DNA of 64,000 nt, from contig JAPOOG010000072.1 of NCBI GenBank assembly GCA_026713545.1, positions 17,411 through 81,410 of the forward strand. The letters run 5' to 3'. The notes under the pieces were generated by a model, which saw only the letters and a program-made list of their open reading frames with translations, was not told where the DNA came from and searched no databases. This DNA comes from Bryobacterales bacterium (GTDB lineage Bacteria; Acidobacteriota; Terriglobia; Bryobacterales; UBA6623). A program made the position numbers and the translations under genes. This document shows positions 59,237-64,000 of the stretch, one piece after another (the first letter of the stretch is position 1; every line of letters begins with the position of its first letter).

Positions 59237-60517
59237 ATGCAACTCCAAAAGCTTGTTCCCATACGACAGAACTTTCCGGACCGGGGGTTGCGGGACATTC
59301 CCCTGGCCGTGCACGAGACGATGGGAGCTGCCGAGTGGACAAACGGGGTTCCAGTCAGAAGCCGTATCGCAGTGGGCGTGGGCAGCCGCGGCATCACGAA
59401 CATCGACATGATCGCCAAGGCCGTCGTGGACTTCTGGAAGTCGCGCGACTGCCTGCCGTTCATCATTCCCGTCATGGGGAGCCACGGGGCGGCGACCGGA
59501 CCGGGGCAGGCCGAGGTTCTGGCTCATTACGGAATCCATGAAAAGACGATGGGTTGCCCGATCGTCAGTTCGCTCGATGTCGAGCCGATCGGCACAACGC
59601 CGGACGGCATCGAAGTCGTCATGGCGAAAGATGCCCTCGAAGCCGACGGAGTCATGCTGTGCTCGCGTATCAAATGGCACACTGACTTTGAAGGCAAGCT
59701 CGAAAGCGGCATCCACAAGATGATGGCCATCGGGCTGGGCAAGCGTGCCGGAGCACAGGTCTATCACACTCACGGGCTCAAGCTCGGCTTGGAGCATGTC
59801 ATCCGCACCGTAGGCGCTGTTGTGCTTGGTACGGGTAAGATGCTCGGCGGATTGGCGATCCTGGAAGACGCCCATCATCACACCGCCGAAGTTCACGCTG
59901 TCGGCGCGGCGGGCATGGTCGAGGAAGAAGAAGAGTTGCTGGCGCGCGTGAAATCGTGGAAACCGAACATTCCGGTCAAGGAACTCGACATTCTCATCGT
60001 CGACGAGATCGGCAAGAACTTCAGCGGCTCCGGCATGGACACCAAGATCATCAACCGCAGCGGACGCCGCGGCCCCAACACCTGGGAGGATGTTCCAACG
60101 ATCCACCGCATCTTTTCTCGCGACTTGAGCCCGCTCAGTAACGGCAATGCGGTTGGCATCGGTCTGTCGGATGTAATCTCCGACAGGCTCTTCAACAAGG
60201 TCGACTTCGAGCCGACTTGGATCAACAGCCTGACCGCATCGAGCCTCACCGCCTCCTACGTTCCGCTGCACTTCGCTGACGACCGCACCTGCATCGAGAA
60301 AATCGCTCCCACCTGCGGCAAGCTCGACCTGAGCGAGGTCACGATCGCCTGGATCCGCAATACCATGGACATCAACGAGCTCATGATCAGCGAGAACCTT
60401 CTCGATGAAGTACTCCGGAATCCGGAAGTCGAGATTCTGGGTGAGGCGCGCGAGATCGAGTACGATGCGGACGGCAATCTGGCCGTCGTTGGGGAAGCGG
60501 AGGCCATCGCGCACTAA
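59237..60517 (+). CDS. LarA-like N-terminal domain (DUF2088/DUF362-type) protein
   Basis: IAVGVGSRGI, PVMGSHG, RIKWHTDF, KMMAIGLGK, SGSGMDTKII. Confidence 0.7.
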   Translation: MQLQKLVPIRQNFPDRGLRDIPLAVHETMGAAEWTNGVPVRSRIAVGVGSRGITNIDMIAKAVVDFWKSRDCLPFIIPVMGSHGAATGPGQAEVLAHYGIHEKTMGCPIVSSLDVEPIGTTPDGIEVVMAKDALEADGVMLCSRIKWHTDFEGKLESGIHKMMAIGLGKRAGAQVYHTHGLKLGLEHVIRTVGAVVLGTGKMLGGLAILEDAHHHTAEVHAVGAAGMVEEEEELLARVKSWKPNIPVKELDILIVDEIGKNFSGSGMDTKIINRSGRRGPNTWEDVPTIHRIFSRDLSPLSNGNAVGIGLSDVISDRLFNKVDFEPTWINSLTASSLTASYVPLHFADDRTCIEKIAPTCGKLDLSEVTIAWIRNTMDINELMISENLLDEVLRNPEVEILGEAREIEYDADGNLAVVGEAEAIAH

Positions 60518-60525
60518 CTCCCTGA

Positions 60526-61368
60526 ATGCCGCTCTTGCAAGTGGTCATCCTGGCGCTCGTCCAGGCAGCCACGGAGTTTCTACCGGTCAGCAGCACCGCC
60601 CATCTGGTGCTCGTCCCCTGGGCTCTGGGCTGGAAGGATCCCGGTTTATTCTTCGACATCGCACTGCACTTCGGTACGCTGATCGCGGTACTGGTCTACT
60701 TCGCCCGGAGTTGGATTCGGCTGATCTTTTCAGGCCTTGGCAAGCAGGTATTACGCCCGAGCCCCGATCATCCGGACGCGGCGCTGTACGACAACCCGCG
60801 GCTGTTCTGGTTTCTGGCGGCGGCAACCATTCCGGCAGGCATCGCAGGGATGGCGCTCGAGGATTACGTCGCGACCACGCTACGCAGTCCGGTCGTCATC
60901 GGTGTCATGCTGATCGCGGTAGGATTCTTGATTTGGTGGGCCGAACACCGCGGACGCCTCGATAACGATCTCGACCGCATGAGCCTGCGTCAAGCCATGC
61001 TCATCGGTTGCGCGCAAGCCATTGCACTGATCCCCGGAACCTCGCGATCCGGCATCACCATAGCCACTGGACTGTTTCTGGGCTTCAAACGTCCGGCGGC
61101 GGCCCGGTTTTCCTTCCTGCTCTCGGCGCCTATCATCGCCGGCGCTTCCGTCAAAGCCACATTCGACGTCTTGGGAGACGGAATCCCGACCGATATGCAA
61201 GTCCCTTTCCTGGTCGGCATCCTGGTCAGCGCCGTTGGAGGCCATGCGGTGATCGCCTTGTTCCTACGCTATCTCCAGCACTCGACGATGAGGGTCTTTG
61301 TCTATTACCGCCTGATTTTTGGCATAATAGTATTGGCCTTGGCGTTATTCTTCCGCTTCCCCGTTTGA
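60526..61368 (+). CDS. uppP: Undecaprenyl-diphosphatase
   Basis: TEFLPVSSTAH, HFGT, PGTSRSG, ARFSFLL. Confidence 0.95.
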   Translation: MPLLQVVILALVQAATEFLPVSSTAHLVLVPWALGWKDPGLFFDIALHFGTLIAVLVYFARSWIRLIFSGLGKQVLRPSPDHPDAALYDNPRLFWFLAAATIPAGIAGMALEDYVATTLRSPVVIGVMLIAVGFLIWWAEHRGRLDNDLDRMSLRQAMLIGCAQAIALIPGTSRSGITIATGLFLGFKRPAAARFSFLLSAPIIAGASVKATFDVLGDGIPTDMQVPFLVGILVSAVGGHAVIALFLRYLQHSTMRVFVYYRLIFGIIVLALALFFRFPV

Positions 61369-61430
61369 GCGGTCTCCGTCAATAGGCGCGGACCAACCGG
61401 AGCGTCGGGTGAGAACGAGGGTGGAGAGGA

Positions 61431-63737
61431 ATGCGCTTCTTACAACCCACTGGCATCCGACGGCTGAATGAGCCGGTAGGGTTCATTGCGCTCATCCTGG
61501 CTGTCGCGCTATGCCTCAGCCTGATTTCCTATCAGCCGTTCGATCCCTCCTGGAACGCAGTCGGTACAACGGAACCGGCAAGCAACCTGATCGGCTTTCC
61601 AGGGGCGTATCTCAGCGATCTGCTTTTGCAATCGCTGGGCTGGGCGGCCTTTCTTCTCCCACTTTACCTGGTGGTGCTGGGCTGGTGCTGGGTGTGCTCG
61701 ACGCCGCTTGCCATGCCGATCGGCAGGACGACCGGAGCGCTATTGCTGTTGGTGGTCTTGGCAACGGCATTCAGCCTGAGTAACACCTCCCCCTGGCGAG
61801 GAACGATCGCAGTAGGCGGCGTGGTGGGGACGCTGTTGTCTGAATTACTGATTTTCTATCTCAACCAGGCGGGCCTGGTTTTGGTCTTGGCGATGTCCGT
61901 GATCGTCTCCGTGTATCTGATCACGTCGTTCGAACTGCGCGCGGGCAAGGGTTGGTTCATCGGGGGGCCTCGCCGATTTGGCGTTTTTGCGAATCCCTGG
62001 AGGGCTTGGCGGAAGAGACGAAAGGCCCCGGCAACCGAGAAAAACCCACAGCGGCATACCCTCATAGACCCCTCTGTGGCTTCACCGGTCAGCGAAGCTC
62101 CAGAGGAGCCTCGGCTTCCCGTGGATCCCATCGAATCGGGTCAGGACGCACCTGAAGACTTGGGACTGCCGCCGATCATCCCATACGAGGCGGATGCGGA
62201 ACCGGAGGAATCCGCCAACTCGCTGGAATCCGAGTCGGAGCCCGCTGCGCCGATCCCTGAGGAGCAGCCCAGAACCTACCATCTTCCGTCCACGCTGTTG
62301 CTGCGCCGTCCGGATCCGAGAAGCGCTTACGATCCCGATGAACTCCATGCCATTGCCCGGCAGATCTGCACCAAGTACCAAGAGTTCGGTGTCGGAGGGA
62401 GCGTCACTCAGATCAATCCCGGTCCGGTTGTCACTACCTTCGAGTTCAAGCCCGATCCGGGCATCAAGTACACCAAGATCGTGAACTTGTCAGAGGACCT
62501 CTGTCTGGCCCTCGAATGCGAATCGATCATGGTGGAGCGCATCCCCGGTAAGTCCACTATCGGCATCGAGGTTCCCAACCGCAGGCGGGAAGTGATTTCG
62601 TTCCGGGAAGTGATCGAAGCTCCGGAGTTCAGCGAATCCGACTCGCTGCTGACGATGGCGATGGGCAAAGACATCGATGGACGAATCAAGAGCGCCGATC
62701 TCGCCTCGATGCCCCACCTGCTGATTGCCGGTTCGACCGGATCCGGCAAGAGCGTCCTGATCAACAGCATCATCATGTCCGTGCTGTACAAGGCCACGCC
62801 GGACGAGGTGCGCTTCATCATGATTGACCCCAAAACCGTGGAATTGGGGCTGTACGTCGATATCCCGCACTTGCTCACGCCCGTGATTACCGACATGAAG
62901 AAGGCCTCGCATGCGTTGAAGAACGTAACGCGCGAGATGGAGCGCCGTCTCAAGTTGCTCGCCGAGTTCGGGGTTCGGAACCTGGCCCAATACAACCGCA
63001 AGGCGGGCATGCTGACTTCCCACTCGAACGGGACAAACGGGACAGCGGCGTTCGAAGGAGAAGTGCCCGGCAAACTGCCTTATATCGTGATCATCATTGA
63101 CGAGTTGGCCGACCTGATGATGGTCGAAGGTCGTCAGATCGAGGAGGCGATCACGCGACTGGCGCAGATGGCGCGCGCAGTAGGGATTCACCTCGTCCTG
63201 GCGACGCAACGGCCGAGCGTCGATGTGATTACCGGCCTCATCAAGGCCAACATTCCGTCGCGGATCTCGTTCCGGCTCGCGACGCGCGTCGACTCGCGGA
63301 CGATCCTCGATGCGATGGGCGCTGAGTCGTTGCTCGGACGCGGCGACATGCTCTTCCTTCCCCCTGCTTCATCGCGAATGCAGCGTCTCCACGGACCCCT
63401 CGTATCGGAGGAAGAGATCGATGCCGTCGTCCGCTGTTGGAAAGAACAGGGCGAACCGTGCTACGAGGATCAGTTCCTGACGCCCCCGGCGGAGGAAACC
63501 GAAGGCGTCGACGAGGACGACGACCCTGACGACCCCGCCTACGCGGACGCCGTGCGCATCGTGCTCGAGATGGGCAAGGCGTCGACATCGATCCTGCAAA
63601 GGCGTCTGCGTCTGGGGTACGGCCGGGCAGCCCGCATCCTCGACGCAATGGAGCGTGAAGGCATCATCGGGCCTCCGGATGGAAGCCGGCCTCGAGAGGT
63701 GCTGAAGAGGCCGGACTGGCAGAACGTGGAGAGTTGA
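61431..63737 (+). CDS. ftsK: DNA translocase FtsK
   Basis: N-terminal TMs, PHLLIAGSTGSGKS, IIDELADLM, ATQRPSVDV, gamma domain LQRRLRLGYGRAARI. Confidence 0.96.
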   Translation: MRFLQPTGIRRLNEPVGFIALILAVALCLSLISYQPFDPSWNAVGTTEPASNLIGFPGAYLSDLLLQSLGWAAFLLPLYLVVLGWCWVCSTPLAMPIGRTTGALLLLVVLATAFSLSNTSPWRGTIAVGGVVGTLLSELLIFYLNQAGLVLVLAMSVIVSVYLITSFELRAGKGWFIGGPRRFGVFANPWRAWRKRRKAPATEKNPQRHTLIDPSVASPVSEAPEEPRLPVDPIESGQDAPEDLGLPPIIPYEADAEPEESANSLESESEPAAPIPEEQPRTYHLPSTLLLRRPDPRSAYDPDELHAIARQICTKYQEFGVGGSVTQINPGPVVTTFEFKPDPGIKYTKIVNLSEDLCLALECESIMVERIPGKSTIGIEVPNRRREVISFREVIEAPEFSESDSLLTMAMGKDIDGRIKSADLASMPHLLIAGSTGSGKSVLINSIIMSVLYKATPDEVRFIMIDPKTVELGLYVDIPHLLTPVITDMKKASHALKNVTREMERRLKLLAEFGVRNLAQYNRKAGMLTSHSNGTNGTAAFEGEVPGKLPYIVIIIDELADLMMVEGRQIEEAITRLAQMARAVGIHLVLATQRPSVDVITGLIKANIPSRISFRLATRVDSRTILDAMGAESLLGRGDMLFLPPASSRMQRLHGPLVSEEEIDAVVRCWKEQGEPCYEDQFLTPPAEETEGVDEDDDPDDPAYADAVRIVLEMGKASTSILQRRLRLGYGRAARILDAMEREGIIGPPDGSRPREVLKRPDWQNVES

Positions 63738-63832
63738 CCTGCCTTTCTCGCCAGGGTTCCTGAAATAACGCAAGCCCCTCTGAGAAAAACCCCGTAAGTT
63801 CGGCTCCTCGTTGGCGATCAGGCCAGATCTCG

Positions 63833-64000
63833 TCAGATCTTGCTCAGCACGTCCTGCACGTGACCTCTCACCTTGACCTTTTTGTAGACCTCGGCGACCT
63901 TGCCCTGCGGATCGATCACAAAGGTCGAGCGGACGATGCCCATGTACTTGCGGCCGTACATGGACTTCTCTTGCCAAGCGCCGTACTGCTCGGCGATCTT
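63833..64000 (-). CDS. bcp: Peroxiredoxin Bcp, C-terminal part (runs off the window)
   Basis: Manual translation [55 protein letters not shown]. Confidence 0.88.
   Translation of the reverse strand, partial: KIAEQYGAWQEKSMYGRKYMGIVRSTFVIDPQGKVAEVYKKVKVRGHVQDVLSKI

Noticed and set aside
230-63977. Numerous long antisense or overlapping ORFs in the six-frame track
   Set aside because: Shadow frames typical of high-GC coding DNA; no family motifs
1-64000. CRISPR arrays, rRNA, transposases, integrases, prophage genes
   Set aside because: None recognised by eye in this window

Overview
GC-rich bacterial chromosome segment. Gene content (duplicated MacB/ADOP-type permeases, DUF1552/DUF1592 pair, many Tat-signal enzymes) suggests Acidobacteriota; this is inference, not a placement. 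The right half is mostly housekeeping: tRNA-Lys(CTT), argF-argG-argH-argR with ARG boxes, aroA, mutT, argS, a nitrite/sulfite reductase, uppP, ftsK and partial bcp. The left half is more accessory: an AAA_14/DUF4143 ATPase coupled to a ~1350-aa STAND NTPase with a C-terminal nuclease-like domain, a sigma54-controlled tripartite ABC exporter with its two-component system, a TA remnant, mobA-radical SAM-hxlA-hxlB, a Ser/Thr kinase, a csp gene, and a HemN-like/flavin-halogenase-like/CoA-ligase cluster. Two features are missed by the ORF track. (1) A split ORF at 20074-21753(-) is best read as one secreted selenoprotein (deiodinase-like CxxU redoxin + DsbD-alpha-like domain + EF-hands) with a SECIS-like hairpin. 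(2) A ~270-nt structured RNA candidate lies on the minus strand between argS and mutT. Several genes carry lesions (amber stop, 1-nt deletion, 11-bp tandem duplication, truncated toxin). All family calls come from motif recognition by eye; no searches were run.
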